Below, piece after piece: positions 62,713-64,000 of a stretch of DNA of 64,000 nt. A program made the position numbers and the translations under genes. Origin of the DNA: Octopus sinensis (lineage: Eukaryota); the NCBI RefSeq assembly GCF_006345805.1, contig NC_042997.1:207142001-207206000 (forward strand), in the 5' to 3' direction. Below the pieces are notes generated by a model. The model ran no database searches. It had not been told where the DNA came from and saw only the letters and a list, made by a program, of their open reading frames with translations. Position 1 is the stretch's first letter; every line of letters begins with the position of its first letter.

Positions 62713-62767
62713 AAATTTGATGAATATTTCCAAGGAAACACAACAGGTAGTTCAACTGCATCATCAG
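62713..62767 (+). CDS. Probable next exon of the macrodomain gene
   Basis: TTTACTTCTAACAG acceptor, GTAAAT donor, phase 0 to 1. Encodes KFDEYFQGNTTGSSTASS, which fits after ..DTEILK as the final macrodomain helix followed by a linker. Confidence 0.6.
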
Positions 62768-63779
62768 GTAAATACTTTCTTTTTATTTATCTTAAATGTA
62801 TATTCAAATTATGTCATGTCACACTTAATTGCTACTGGTAACATGTAACGCAGTACAACCTATCGCAGGTCAGATGGTCAGTGACTAAACTGGCCACTAG
62901 ACTGAGCTTTCTGGGTATTTGTTGGATACTCTGCAGGATGGGAAATTCAACCTGCGAAAAGGCGAAGGACCTCATGTGTAGACAACGGCCATTCAATAAT
63001 GTGTATATATGTACGTCTGGATTGTGTGTATGTGCACGTGCATGAAAGTATATCTGTATTGTGTATTTTTAAAACTTCTTTTTCGTATTTCTATATTTAT
63101 ACATTTATATTTATATTTTTATGCACCCCTTTTATATTTTGATAGTTTTAGCATTTTTCTTTTTGATATTTTTATATTCTTATTTCATATTCTATTATAT
63201 TGTTATATTTGTGTATTTATAGTTTTACATATGTGTAATTTCTTTATATCAGGGAGGATTAGTAACTCTTGTGGGAGGGGCTAATCACATTTCATAGGAC
63301 TGGCAGTACCAGCAGGTTTTGTAGGGTGCATGCTGCATGATGAATCAATATGGGCCTCTGGTCATCCACTGCTGCAGAAACGGTCTCCAATCGTAGCAAT
63401 GTTCCATGCCACTGACTCAAGTAATTTTTTCTTGATGAGAGAGTGCAATTATCTTTGTGAAATGGCTTCCAAACTGACAACAATTTCATGCACAGGTGTT
63501 TGTGCTTCTCAGCCTTCCAACAGTCAATCTCATACCCTGTGGTGAGATAGACCATTAGTGAAGGCTGCAGGTGGAGATAAGTGCTCGGAGTTCTAGACAC
63601 AAGCCTGCACATAGGAGACCAGCAGACCAGTGGTCGCTGTCATTGCATTACACATCAGAAAATTTAACAGCAACCTAAGTGACTGAGCAGCGTTATTAGG
63701 ACCACACTGCCACCTAGTAAGATAAGGGTCTAGAAAAAGTGTTAAAGAAAGCTTTCCCTGAACAGATGTGGTCAGCTAC

Positions 63780-64000
63780 TCGCAGCTGATAGACTTAGCC
63801 ATTTGCAGTCAATTCAAACGGAGAAAAAAAGACCTAACCATTGCTACAAGGATCATTCTTAGCCAAAGAATTGTGGTGATACAATATCGACCTTGCAGCA
63901 ATCTAGGCTGAGGAATGGTCCCTGACAGAATCAGGCAGCAGCTACACTTTCATCTGGAAAGGAAAGACTGTACACGAGAAGAGAATATATGTATTTGGAG
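63780..64000 (+). mobile_element. Very decayed RTE (BovB-like) APE N-terminus
   Basis: Fragments resembling YNIDLAA, GSSYTFIWKGK. Confidence 0.5.

Overview
Eukaryotic, AT-rich, microsatellite-dense genomic DNA, most likely a coleoid cephalopod (Octopus-like). That assignment is inferred from the tRNA-derived SINEs and the RTE (GAT)n-tailed repeat family, not from a database match. Almost all of the window is transposon-derived: (1) a multi-copy RTE LINE family, with one young copy holding a 937-codon open frame, a PHD finger inside the RT, and a structured 60-bp 3'UTR array; (2) a second, BovB-like RTE with a precise 5' inversion; (3) an R4/Dong-type RLE LINE in (AAT)n; (4) several CR1-like LINE fragments; (5) Penelope-like elements (RT and GIY-YIG) with inverted terminal repeats and minimal hammerhead ribozyme motifs; (6) a decayed Helitron; (7) Tc1, mariner and Chapaev3-like DNA transposons; (8) SINEs and a probable solo LTR. 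The only host gene I can support is a + strand PARP14/15-like macrodomain gene, seen as four spliced exons (29575-29711, 29993-30220, 30830-31057, 62713-62767), so most of the window is probably intronic. Most short ORFs in the supplied track are microsatellite or antisense artefacts. I found no CRISPR array, rRNA or bona fide tRNA gene, and no new enzymatic system. The best leads are RNA-level: the alternating hairpin array in the RTE 3'UTR, the hammerhead motifs, the intronic foldbacks beside the coding exons, a duplication-created in-frame micro-exon, and a twin-priming-like inversion in an RTE. All coordinates and pairings were read by eye.
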